From positions 640,001 through 704,000 of the forward strand of contig CAWJIM010000019.1 in assembly GCA_963842945.1 (NCBI GenBank): a DNA stretch of 64,000 bases, in the 5' to 3' direction. The DNA is from an uncultured Gemmatimonadales bacterium (GTDB lineage: Bacteria > Gemmatimonadota > Gemmatimonadetes > Gemmatimonadales > GWC2-71-9). Shown here one piece after another: positions 39,653-49,250 of this stretch (the stretch's first letter is position 1; each line of letters starts with the position of its first letter). The position numbers and the translations under genes were made by a program. The notes under the pieces are model-generated. The model was not told the DNA's origin. It saw only the letters and a program-made list of their open reading frames with translations, and ran no database searches.

Positions 39653-40027
39653 ACTGTCATCCCGAGCGAAGCGAGGGAACTTGCTCGGTCTGATCGGGGA
39701 AGCCAGTCGAGTGCGAGGTCCTGCCAGCCGGGGTTGGTGGCCTCGATCAGCCGCACCTTCTTCTCCCGGCGCCAGCTCTTGATCTCCCGCTCCATCTCGA
39801 CCATCGCACGCGAGTTTGGCGTGACGTCATACCAGACGAGCCGGTTGACATTGTAGCGCTTAGTGAACCCGGGAATCAGGCCGTGCCGATGCTGGTAGAC
39901 TCGCCGGGCCAGATCGCAGGTGCTCCCGACATAGAGAACCCCGGACTTGCTGGCAAGGATGTACACGAAATAAGCGAGGGCTCGAGCCATGACTGGCAAG
40001 ATCCCTCGCTTCGCTCGGGATGACAGT
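39653..40027. mobile_element. 375-bp unit: GIY-YIG gene flanked by 32-bp inverted REP repeats
   Basis: 39653-39684 ACTGTCATCCCGAGCGAAGCGAGGGAACTTGC versus reverse complement of 39996-40027 (31/32 identical); mobility is inferred. Confidence 0.7.
39685..39990 (-). CDS. Small GIY-YIG nuclease (YhbQ/Ssn-like); no stop before the downstream repeat, end approximate
   Basis: YFVYILASKSGVLYVGSTCDLARRVYQH...GFTKRYNVNRLVWY...EREIKSWRREKKVRLIEATNPGWQDL. Confidence 0.9.
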
Positions 40028-40057
40028 GGCCTTGTCCTGCAAGCCGTCGCGAAACCC

Positions 40058-40924
40058 CTACTCCAGCGACAGCCCCCCATCCACCACGATCGTCTGTCCC
40101 GTGATGTGCCGCGCGGATTCGGAGCAGAGGAAGGAGACCACGTGCGCCACGTCCTCGGGATCGGCGACCCGGCCGAGGACCGAGCTCTTCTGCGCCCGCT
40201 CGACGACCTCGGAAGGGAGCATGGCCATCCGCTCGGTGCGGATGAACCCCGGCGCGACGGCGTTGACGTTGACGTTGGCCGGGCCCAGCTCCACGGCTGC
40301 CGCGCGGGTGAGCCCGAGCAGTGCCGCCTTGCTCGCGGCGTAGTTCGCGACGCCGAAGCCGGGCCGCTTGGCCTGATGCGCGCTGATGTTCACGATCTTG
40401 CCATAGTGCTGCTGCCGGAAGATCGGCGCGACCGAGCGGATGCAGTTGAAGGAGCCGGTGAGGTTGGTGTCGAGCACCTCGCGCCAGGCTACCTCGCTGA
40501 GCCGCCAGAGCGCCCCGTCGTTGGCGATCCCGGCGTTGTTCACCAGGAAGTGGACGCCGCCCAGCCTCTGCCGGGTCTCGGTCACGAAGCGCTCGACGTC
40601 ATCGCGATCCCGGACGTCGCAGCGGGAGGCATGGACCCCGATGCCCATCGCGGCCAGCGCGGTCTCGGTGAGCAGCGCCTGCTCCACCACGTCGCGCCCG
40701 GGCAGGTTGACGAAGCAGAAGGCCACGTTGCAGCCGAGCTTCCCGAACTCCATCGCCACCGCTCGCCCCAGCCCCGTGGCCCCGCCGGTCACGATGACGA
40801 CCTTCCCCTTCCATCCCCTCCGGATCGGCTGCGGCTCGGGCTCCTCGAGCGTGCCCGCACCCGCGTCGGGGGCCTCGTACTCCCACGACGGCCGGTGGCC
40901 GAAACCAAAGGATGGCAAGGGCAT
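40058..40924 (-). CDS. SDR family oxidoreductase (FabG-like)
   Basis: TGGATGLG, NNAGI, YAASK, NAVAPG, GQTIVVDGG. Confidence 0.9.
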   Translation of the reverse strand: MPLPSFGFGHRPSWEYEAPDAGAGTLEEPEPQPIRRGWKGKVVIVTGGATGLGRAVAMEFGKLGCNVAFCFVNLPGRDVVEQALLTETALAAMGIGVHASRCDVRDRDDVERFVTETRQRLGGVHFLVNNAGIANDGALWRLSEVAWREVLDTNLTGSFNCIRSVAPIFRQQHYGKIVNISAHQAKRPGFGVANYAASKAALLGLTRAAAVELGPANVNVNAVAPGFIRTERMAMLPSEVVERAQKSSVLGRVADPEDVAHVVSFLCSESARHITGQTIVVDGGLSLE

Positions 40925-41012
40925 GGACCACGAAGGTACGGCGCGCTCGGGGGGACGGCAAGATAGCCCGGTCGCCCTTCGTTCCGCCCTTTTCCCCTCT
41001 TAAGTTGGTCTC

Positions 41013-43048
41013 ATGCTCCCAAAGCTAGGCTGGCTTCTGGTCGCCCTCGTCGGCGCGGCGGGCTGGGGCATGCTCGCCCTCCACGGGGCGAGGCGGTCAG
41101 CGCCGCCTGGCTGGTGCTGGCCGCGGTCGGGACCTACCTCGTCGCCTTCCGCTTCTACAGCCGCTTCCTCGCCGATCGCGTCTTCGGTCTCGACGACCGC
41201 CGCGCCACCCCCGCCGAGCGCCTGGCCAACGGGCGCGACTACGTGCCCACCGGCCGATGGGTCCTGTTCGGCCACCACTTCGCCGCGATCGCCGGCGCCG
41301 GGCCGCTCGTCGGGCCCGTCCTCGCCGCCCAGTTCGGCTACCTCCCGGGCACCATCTGGATCGTCTTCGGCGTTGTGTTCGGCGGCGCGGTGCAGGACTT
41401 CATCATCCTCTTCGGCTCCATGCGTCGCGACGGCAAGTCGCTGGGCCAGATGGCGAAGGAGGAGACCGGACCGTTCACCGGCATGATGGCGATGGTCGCG
41501 ATCCTCGCGATCATGGTGATCCTGCTGGCGGTGCTCGCGCTGGTGGTCGTGAACGCGCTGCGGGACAGCCCGTGGGGCGTCTTCACCATCCTCTGCACCA
41601 TCCCCATCGCGATCCTGATGGGCTTCTGGATGAAGGTGTGGCGCCCCGGGAAGACGCTGGAGGCGTCGGCGTTCGGCGTCGCGCTCCTCCTGCTCGCGCT
41701 GGTGGGCGGCCGCTACGTGGCCGAGTCGCCCACGCTGGCCCCGCTCTTCACCCACTCGGCGCTCACCATCGCCTACGGCATGATCGCCTACGGCTTCATC
41801 GCCAGCGTGCTGCCGGTGTGGATGCTGCTCTGCCCGCGGGACTACCTCTCCACCTTCATGAAGATCGGCACCATCCTCCTGCTCGCGCTGGGGATCCTGG
41901 TGGTGCTGCCGCCGCTCAGCATGCCGGCGATGACGCGCTTCATCGACGGCACCGGGCCGGTCTTCGCGGGCAAGCTCTTTCCCTTCGCCTTCATCACCAT
42001 CGCCTGCGGCGCGATCAGCGGGTTCCACGCCCTGGTGGCCTCGGGCACCACGCCCAAGATGCTCACCCGCGAGAGCGATGCCCGCCTCATCGGCTACGGC
42101 GGCATGCTCATGGAATCATTCGTCGCGGTGATGGCGATGTGCGCCGCGGCCGTGCTCGACCCGGGCGTCTACTTCGCGATCAACGTGCCGCTCGCGACGC
42201 TGGGCGGCAGCCTCGAAACGGCGGCGGAGACCATCCGGAGCTGGGGCTTCGCGGTGACGCCGGAGCAGATGACCGCCCTCGCCGCGTCGGTGGGCGAGAG
42301 TACCCTGCTCTCCCGCACCGGCGGCGCGCCGTCGCTGGCGGTCGGCATGGCCCACATCTTCAGCGGCGCGTTCGGCCAGGGCCTGATGGCGCTCTGGTAC
42401 CACTTCGCCATCATGTTCGAGGCGCTCTTCATCCTCACCACGGTGGACACCGGGACTCGGGTCGGCCGCTTCATGCTCCAGGAGCTGGCCGGACACGTCT
42501 GGAAGCCGCTGGGCCGCACCTCGTGGTACCCGAGCATCGTCCTCGCCTCCGGGCTGGTCGTCGCCGGCTGGGGCTACTTCCTGGTGCAGGGCGTGCTCGA
42601 TCCGCTGGGCGGAATCAACTCGCTCTGGCCGCTGTTCGGGATCAGCAACCAGCTGCTCGCCTCGGTGGCGCTCTGCGTGGGGACGACGCTCCTCATCAAG
42701 GGCGGGAAGGCGCGCTACGCCTGGGTCACGCTGCTGCCGCTCGCGTGGGTGCTGCTGGTGACCCTGACCGCCGGCTGGCAGAAGGTGTTCGCGGCCGACC
42801 CCCGGCTCGGCTTCCTGGCCCACGCGGCGGTCACCGCGCAGCAGGTGGCCGACGGCACGATGGATCCCGCGCGCGGCGCGCGCCTGATCTTCAACGACCG
42901 GCTCGACGCGGTCGTCGCGATCTCCTTCATGCTGGTCACGCTGCTGGTGGTGGTGGCGTCGGCGCGCGAGTGGGTGCTGGTGCTGACCCGGCGGAAGCCG
43001 GCGCGGGTGCAGGAGAGTCCGTTCGTGGAGACGGCGTATGTGGGCTAG
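41013..43048 (+). CDS. cstA: CstA-family peptide/pyruvate transporter (frameshift near 41090)
   Basis: LFGHHFAAIAGAGPLVGP, ACGAISGFH, WYHFAIMFEALFILT, LWPLFGISNQLL. Confidence 0.93.
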
Positions 43049-43242
43049 GGCGACGGGCTGGCGCGGAGCGTGTCGCCGCGGCCCTGAGCGCGGTCCGCCG
43101 GGTGGCGGGAATGCCGGACTACGCGGCCCACCTCGAGCACCTCCGGCGCTGTCACCCCGAGCGCGCCGTGCCCACCGAGCGCGAGTACTTCGAGCAGTAC
43201 GTCGCCGCCCGCTACGGCGACGGCCCCACCCGCTGCTGCTGA
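43038..43242 (+). CDS. YbdD/YjiX (DUF466) family small protein (5' frameshift)
   Basis: GMPDYAAHLEHLRRCHP...EREYF...TRCC* directly after cstA. Confidence 0.85.
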
Positions 43243-44126
43243 GCCGGCAGCTCCGCGAGCCACGCCGTCAGCCACTTCCCCGTCCGCGAGATCACGGCCG
43301 AGCTGTCGTTGGCCAGAAAGTCGTAGCCGCCCCGGCTCAGCGCGGGATCGGCGTAGACTCCACGCGCGCGAGCCTGCTTCCGGGCGTCGAGCAGCGCGGT
43401 CATCGCCGCGCGGGTGCCGATCCAGAGCAGCGCGTCCGAGGCGCGCGAGCCGTAGCGCACGGGCACGCCGAAGCTGTCCGGCGCCGCGTACACCCGTGAC
43501 AGCAGCGGGATGGCGGACGTGTCGGCTGAGAAGGACAGCAGCGTCAGGTAGCGCACTTTGAGCTCGGGATCCTCCGCGGCGAGGAACCGAGCCTGCAGCG
43601 AGTCCGAAGCCGCACGTCCCAGGCGGCCCAGCACCCAGGCATCGCCCACGCCGTAGCGCCGGCTGGGAACCAGCGCGAGGAGATCCTTCAGCACCGGCGC
43701 ATCTCCGCGGACGGCGCGCTCCCGCTCGAGCTGGACGGCGCGGAGCGGCGCGAGCAGGTCGGCGGGGTCCTGCCCTGGCGGCGCCTCCACTCTGCCGGCC
43801 TCGATCCTTTCGGTCATTCGCGCCGCGCTGTCGGCGTACGCACGATCGCGCAGCTCCGCGAGGCGGGTGAGTGCCAGCGGTGCATCGTTCCACGGCGCGT
43901 CACCGCGGAGCGCCGCCTGGAGTCGGCGCCAGAGCACGACCGGCTGTTTTTCCTGCAGGACGCGCAGGGCGGAGTCGGCGGCAGGGGTGCCGGCGCGGAG
44001 CCCCTCGTGCAGCTCGGAGTAGGTGGCGCGCGCCGGATCCCCCACCCGGATGAGCACCTGCCCCTCCGCAGGGTGCGCCCAGCGGGTGCACGCCAGGAGC
44101 ATCACAGCCGCCCACACTCTCGTCAT
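43212..44126 (-). CDS. Hypothetical exported alpha-helical protein
   Basis: Signal-peptide-like MTRVWAAVMLLAC; ATGA-coupled to the MFS gene. Confidence 0.6.
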   Translation of the reverse strand: MTRVWAAVMLLACTRWAHPAEGQVLIRVGDPARATYSELHEGLRAGTPAADSALRVLQEKQPVVLWRRLQAALRGDAPWNDAPLALTRLAELRDRAYADSAARMTERIEAGRVEAPPGQDPADLLAPLRAVQLERERAVRGDAPVLKDLLALVPSRRYGVGDAWVLGRLGRAASDSLQARFLAAEDPELKVRYLTLLSFSADTSAIPLLSRVYAAPDSFGVPVRYGSRASDALLWIGTRAAMTALLDARKQARARGVYADPALSRGGYDFLANDSSAVISRTGKWLTAWLAELPAQQQRVGPSP

Positions 44127-45309
44127 TGGCTCTCCGCGATTCTCGGCCTGGTGACGACCAGCCAGAGGCCCACGGCGAGGACCATGCCCGCCGCGGACGC
44201 CCAGAGTGCGCGCGCCCCTCCGAAGTTCTGATACAAGGCGCCGAACCCCACGCCCGGCCGGCAGGGCCGCGACACCGATCAGCGCGTGGTAGCTCCCGAA
44301 CCCGCGGCCGGTTCGCACCGGCGCGAGCCGCGCCACCAGGGCGCGCTCCGCCGACTCCGTCAGCCCCGCGACCGCCCCCAGCACGAGGAACACGACCACC
44401 GCCGCGCGCGGCGACAGCCGGCCTGCCAGCGCCGCGGCGACGCACCGCGAAGAGCAACCCGCCCGAAGCCACCGCGATCCTGGGGCCGAGGCGATCGGAG
44501 AGCCAGCCACCTGGGTAGGACGTCGCGCTCCGCACGACGTGGAGCCCGGCCCAGACCAGCGGAATCCAGGCGACCAGCACGCCCAGGTCCTGCAGTCTCA
44601 GCAGAAGCAACGCCTCGGGCAGGCGGAGGAAGGTAAGCGCGGCAAGCAGAAGCACCGGCGCCCAGAACACCCTACCCGTCGCGTCCACCGGGCGGGCCGT
44701 GCTCGTCTCGGCGGGCAGGCTCATTGGGCTCGGCCGCCGCAGAAGCGGCACCAGCACCAGGCAGACGAGCAGGCCCGGCACCGCGCTCCAGCCGATCACG
44801 TCTCGAACGCCGAGCCCCCGCTCCAGGAGCAGCCACGCCACCACCGAGCCGAGCACCGCGCCGAAGTGGTCGGCGGCCCGGTGGAAGCCGAACGCACGGC
44901 CGCGGAGGTCGGGCGGAGTGACCGCGGCGATCCATGCATCCCGCGCGGGCGTGCGGAGGCCCTTCCCCACTCGGTCGATGACCCGGAATCCCACCACCTG
45001 CCAAGCCGCACCTGCGACCGCGATCAGCGGGCGCACCAGTACCGCGGTCGCGTAGCCCACCAGGATGAGCGGACCACGCCAGCCGGGTCGGTCGGCAAGA
45101 CGTCCACTCACCACCTTCAGCGCCGCCGACGTGAGCTCCGCCGCGCCGTCGAGCAGCCCGAGCACCAGGGCACCCCCGCCGAGCGGCCCGGTCACCAGCG
45201 CCGGCAGGAGCGGATACACCATCTCGCTCGCGAGATCGTTGAAGAGCGAGACAACGGACAGCCCTTTGACCGTGCGCGGCACTCCGCCGCCGGGCGAGCG
45301 GGCGCTCAC
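44123..45309 (-). CDS. MFS transporter (frameshifts near 44445 and 44260)
   Basis: SLFNDLASEMVYPLLP, DRVGKGLRTPARDA, RGRAFGFHRAADHFGA. Confidence 0.85.
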
Positions 45310-45530
45310 GCCGAGGCGGGCTCAGGCGTGAAGACCTCGAGCGCGCGGGGAACGACCTCGAATCGTCCGGGCGTCTCGGCGCCGAGCTCTCCATCCACGT
45401 CGATCGGCATGGGACGGCGGGTGCGGATGTCGAACACTTTCGCGCGCAGGCCTCCACCTCGCGCCGCTTCACGTGGGTGCCCCACTTCAGGAAGGGCGCC
45501 ACCAGCTCCAGGCCGGCAGCAGGAGCAGAG
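45306..45530 (-). pseudogene. C-terminal remnant of a YegS/BmrU diacylglycerol-kinase family gene
   Basis: ...PFLKWGTHVKRREVE / LRAKVFDIRTRRPMPIDVDGELGAETPGRFEVVPRALEVF*; no N-terminal GGDG domain. Confidence 0.6.
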
Positions 45531-45573
45531 CGCGGGACGGCATCGCCCAAAGCTAGCATGTATGTTTGTCGCC

Positions 45574-46602
45574 ATGCCCGCCGAGTCCGCCCGCTTCCAT
45601 GAATCCAATCTCTGGGCCACACCGATCCGGGACTTCGGCCTCACAATCGAAGGGACTCCGCTCCAGCCGATCATCGAGGAGTTCGAGGAGGAGCTGCGCC
45701 GGGTCGGGCTCACCCGGATCCATCCCCGGTTCTATCTCTCCACCGAGTGGGGCGTGCCCTTCGAGTCGGTGGCGATCGGCATCCCCTTCTATCTCGCTCG
45801 GCCCGACCTGACCGCGCTGCACGTCGAGCGCACCGGCCTGGTCGAAGGATTCGACCGGGCGGACGTCCTGCGATATCTCCGGCACGAGATGGGGCACGTG
45901 GTGAACTACGCCTACCGCCTCTACGACCAGGAGGAGTGGGTCAAGCAGTTCGGCTCCATCACCCAGCCGTACGCGGAAGAGTACCGGCCCGAGCCCTTCA
46001 GCCGGCGGTACGTGCGCCACCTCCCGGGCTGGTACGCCCAGAAGCATCCGGACGAGGACTGGTCGGAGACGTTCGCGGTGTGGATGACGCCGGAGCTGGA
46101 CTGGCGCAAGGAGTACAGCGGTTGGCCGGTGGCGGCGGCCAAGCTGGCCTATTGCGACCGGACCATGGCGGCGCTGCGCGATCGCGACCCGATGGTCACC
46201 AACGTCGAGCTCGACGAGGACGTCGGGGACATCGAGTACTCGCTGGGTCACTACTATCGGGACGAGGCGATCGGCCTCGGTGAGGTGCCCCCGGGTCTCG
46301 ACGGGGCGATCCGCGCGATCTTCGAGGACCTCCGCTCGTCCGACGGCGCGCCGGGCGAGCCGCTCGCGCCCGCGGGAGCGCTCATCCGCCGGCTGGAGCC
46401 CGATCTCCTGACCAACGTCTTCCGCTGGACAGGCCACTTTCCCGAGCGGACCCGGGTGCTGATCCGCTATCTCGCCGACCGGGCGGAGCAACTGCGGCAG
46501 GGCTACCTGCCGGGTCGCGAGGCCGCGGCGACGGTCGCGGTGACGACGCTGGTGACAGGACTGGCGATGAACCACGTGCAGCGGGGGAGCTATCTGCCGT
46601 AG
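45574..46602 (+). CDS. Putative zinc-binding metallopeptidase (Peptidase_Mx-like)
   Basis: YLSTEW, IPFYLA, LRHEMGH, WYAQKHPDEDWSETFAVW. Confidence 0.8.
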   Translation: MPAESARFHESNLWATPIRDFGLTIEGTPLQPIIEEFEEELRRVGLTRIHPRFYLSTEWGVPFESVAIGIPFYLARPDLTALHVERTGLVEGFDRADVLRYLRHEMGHVVNYAYRLYDQEEWVKQFGSITQPYAEEYRPEPFSRRYVRHLPGWYAQKHPDEDWSETFAVWMTPELDWRKEYSGWPVAAAKLAYCDRTMAALRDRDPMVTNVELDEDVGDIEYSLGHYYRDEAIGLGEVPPGLDGAIRAIFEDLRSSDGAPGEPLAPAGALIRRLEPDLLTNVFRWTGHFPERTRVLIRYLADRAEQLRQGYLPGREAAATVAVTTLVTGLAMNHVQRGSYLP

Positions 46603-46620
46603 TGTCATCCTTTCCAGCGC

Positions 46621-47604
46621 CTACTTCTTCCCCTTCCTCCTCGCCAGTGCCAGATCCACGATCCGCTCGATCAGCCTCGGGTAGTCCAGCCCCGCCGCGC
46701 CGGCCGCCATCGCGAACTCGCTGTCCTTCTCCAGATAGCAGCTGGCGTTGACCTCGAGCACGTAGATGTCGCCGGTGTCGGTGAGGCGGAGATCCACCCG
46801 ACCGTAATCGCGGACCCGGAGCGCCCGATAGGCATCCACCGCGACCTTCTGGAGCCGCGCGCGCAGCTCGTCGGGCAGCTGGGCCAGGACCGAGCGGGTG
46901 CCCTTGTACTCCTTGCTGCGCTCGTCCCACTTGGCCTTGCTGTCCATCACCTTGGGCACGCCTTCCGGAAAGCCGGTGAAGTCGATCTCCACCGGCGGCA
47001 GCGCCTTGGGCTGGGAGTTCCCGATCACGCCGACGTAGAACTCGCGCCCGTCGATGAACTCCTCCGCCAGCGCGGCGTCGTCGAGCTCCTTCCGGATCGC
47101 GCTCACCCGCTCCATCAGCCCGGTCCAGTCCTGCACCAGCGACTTGCCGCCGATCCCCAGGGAAGCATCGGAGCGCAGCGGCTTGACGAACAGCGGCATC
47201 CGGAGGTTGCCGCCGGTCTCGAAGCCGGTCTCCCGCGAGAAAACGGCGAAGCGGGGATAGAGGATCTCCTCGAAGGCGAGGAGCCGCTTGGTGAGACCCT
47301 TGTCCTGGCTCAGGTACAGCTCACCGGGACCGCTGCCGGTGTAGTCCACGCCCAGCAGGTCCAGCAGGCCGGTCACCGGGATGTCGCCGAAGACGTTGTC
47401 GCCGAACATCTCCATCAGGTTGAACACCAGGTCCGGCTTGCGCCGGGAGAGCCCGGCGATGAGCCGCTTGACGTCCCCGTGGACGCCGAGCACCGAGACC
47501 CGGTGGCCCAGCTTGCGCAGCGTGCGCGCGACCTGGCGCACGACCGGGTCGTACTCCTTGGAGTTCTCGCCATCGTCCAGGTACGTCAGGACGGTGATCT
47601 TCAC
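46621..47604 (-). CDS. D-Ala-D-Ala ligase-like ATP-grasp enzyme
   Basis: VFNLME, YTGSG, FVKP, EEFIDGRE, YGRVDLR, LEVNA. Confidence 0.85.
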   Translation of the reverse strand: MKITVLTYLDDGENSKEYDPVVRQVARTLRKLGHRVSVLGVHGDVKRLIAGLSRRKPDLVFNLMEMFGDNVFGDIPVTGLLDLLGVDYTGSGPGELYLSQDKGLTKRLLAFEEILYPRFAVFSRETGFETGGNLRMPLFVKPLRSDASLGIGGKSLVQDWTGLMERVSAIRKELDDAALAEEFIDGREFYVGVIGNSQPKALPPVEIDFTGFPEGVPKVMDSKAKWDERSKEYKGTRSVLAQLPDELRARLQKVAVDAYRALRVRDYGRVDLRLTDTGDIYVLEVNASCYLEKDSEFAMAAGAAGLDYPRLIERIVDLALARRKGKK

Positions 47605-49220
47605 TCCTCCCCCAGCTCCATGCCCCAGCGCGCCAGCGACACCGGCAGTCCGCCGTACGCCAGCAGCTCGTCGTGGAACGTCTTCGGCCGGAACGACGCC
47701 CCCGCGCGCTCCCGGTAGGCGTCGCGCAGGCGGAGCAGCTCGCGCCGCCCCACCGCATAGCAGAGCTGGTAGGTCGGGTACGCGCAGTAGCGCCGCACCT
47801 CGGCCTCCGCGCTCGCCCGCTCGATCGGCAGGTGCTCCACCATGTAGTCCACCGCCTCCGCCGGCGCCATGCCGCGGGTGTGGAGGCCGACGTCGAGCAC
47901 GATCCGGATCGCGCGCCAGAGCAGATTCACCATCCGGAAGAGGCGCGCATGATCCTCGCCGTAGTAGCCCGACTCGTCCATGAGCTGCTCACAGTAGAGC
48001 GCCCAGCCCTCCACCATGACCGGCGTCCAGATGTGCCGCCGCACTTCGGAGGCGAGCCCCTGGGCCGTGACCAGCTGGAGGTGATGGCCGGGATACGCCT
48101 CGTGCGCCACCATCGCGGGGATCGCGTGCCGGCAGTGGCCCCGGCGCTGGCGGGCGCGCACCTCCGGCGGCGCGGACGCGTCGGGCTGGGTGACGTAGAA
48201 CCGCCCGGTCTGCTCCGAGAGAAAGATCGGCGGCGGCTCGTAGGCCGCGAAGGGCACCAGCGCCACCAGGAACGCGGGCGTCGGCACCACGTCCACCGGA
48301 TCGTGCGGGATGCTCACCAGCTCCCGCTCGGCGACGAAGGCATGCGCCCGGTCCAGCTCCGCGCGGTAGACCGGCAGGAGTGCCTCCAGGTCCGGTGCGT
48401 CGCCCCGCAGCTCCTCGACCAGCTCGCGCCACGGCCGCGCACCCATCCTTTCCGCCAGCGCGGCCAGCTCGGCCTCGGTCTCCTCCTGGAGGTGAAGCCC
48501 GTAGCGCCAGAGCTCGGGCGCGCTGGCGGTCAGCGCGTGCTCGTGGTGGAGCCGGCGGCTGAACTGATCCTCTCCCACCGCGAACGCGTGCGGGTCGGAG
48601 GCGGGCTCGATCTCGTCCCGGAGCGCGGTGCCGAAGCGCTTGAGCGCTTCCAGCGCCTTCCCCGCCGCCTCGTGGAGATCGGCGCGCAGCTCGGGGGATT
48701 CCGGCTCGAGCGCGGCGACCAGCTGCACCACCAGCTCGCCCCCGCCGCCCAGCATGCCGAGGGTGGTGTCCACGAACACGGAGGGCGGCTCGTCGAGCGT
48801 GTCGCGCGCCGCGTCGAGGAACGCGGGGACGGCTCGGAGCCGCTCGAGCGCGGCCGGCGCGCGCTCGGCCAGCCCGCCGTTCCGCCGCGCGAGCATCGCG
48901 TAGAGCCCCTGGAAGACGTGCGACAGCCAATAGGCCGGGTTGCGCACGTGGGGCTGCTCGTGCTCCAGCCGGAAGGTCGCGCCGCGAATCTCTCCCAGAA
49001 GGGCGGTGCGGTCGATCTCCGCCTGCAGGTCGTCGCTCTCCAGCTCCTCGACCGCGCCCGCGACCGACCGCAGGGCGGAGAGATGCCCGCGCACCGTGCC
49101 GGTGTCGAACCGGCCGAGCCGCGAGTCGTGCGAGACCAGCCCCGCCGCGCTCGCGGCGGCGGGGTCGAAGTGGTACTTGAGATCGAGATAGGACCGGCAG
49201 AGGTCGTCAACCGACGCCAT
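47601..49220 (-). CDS. DUF885 family protein
   Basis: HEAYPGHHLQ, EGWALYCE, RIVLDVGLH, EVRRYC..PTYQLCY, FHD.LL..G. Confidence 0.88.
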   Translation of the reverse strand: MASVDDLCRSYLDLKYHFDPAAASAAGLVSHDSRLGRFDTGTVRGHLSALRSVAGAVEELESDDLQAEIDRTALLGEIRGATFRLEHEQPHVRNPAYWLSHVFQGLYAMLARRNGGLAERAPAALERLRAVPAFLDAARDTLDEPPSVFVDTTLGMLGGGGELVVQLVAALEPESPELRADLHEAAGKALEALKRFGTALRDEIEPASDPHAFAVGEDQFSRRLHHEHALTASAPELWRYGLHLQEETEAELAALAERMGARPWRELVEELRGDAPDLEALLPVYRAELDRAHAFVAERELVSIPHDPVDVVPTPAFLVALVPFAAYEPPPIFLSEQTGRFYVTQPDASAPPEVRARQRRGHCRHAIPAMVAHEAYPGHHLQLVTAQGLASEVRRHIWTPVMVEGWALYCEQLMDESGYYGEDHARLFRMVNLLWRAIRIVLDVGLHTRGMAPAEAVDYMVEHLPIERASAEAEVRRYCAYPTYQLCYAVGRRELLRLRDAYRERAGASFRPKTFHDELLAYGGLPVSLARWGMELGEE

Positions 49221-49250
49221 GGATCCTCGAGCAGGAGTCCCGAGGCTGCA

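Noticed and set aside
43234..43245. TGA after the terminal CC of YbdD/YjiX as selenocysteine
   Set aside because: Both conserved Cys are already encoded by TGC, so the TGA fits an ordinary stop.
46603..46610. TGTCATCC between convergent genes as another REP copy
   Set aside because: Only 8 bp match and no hairpin follows; a relic cannot be excluded but is unsupported.
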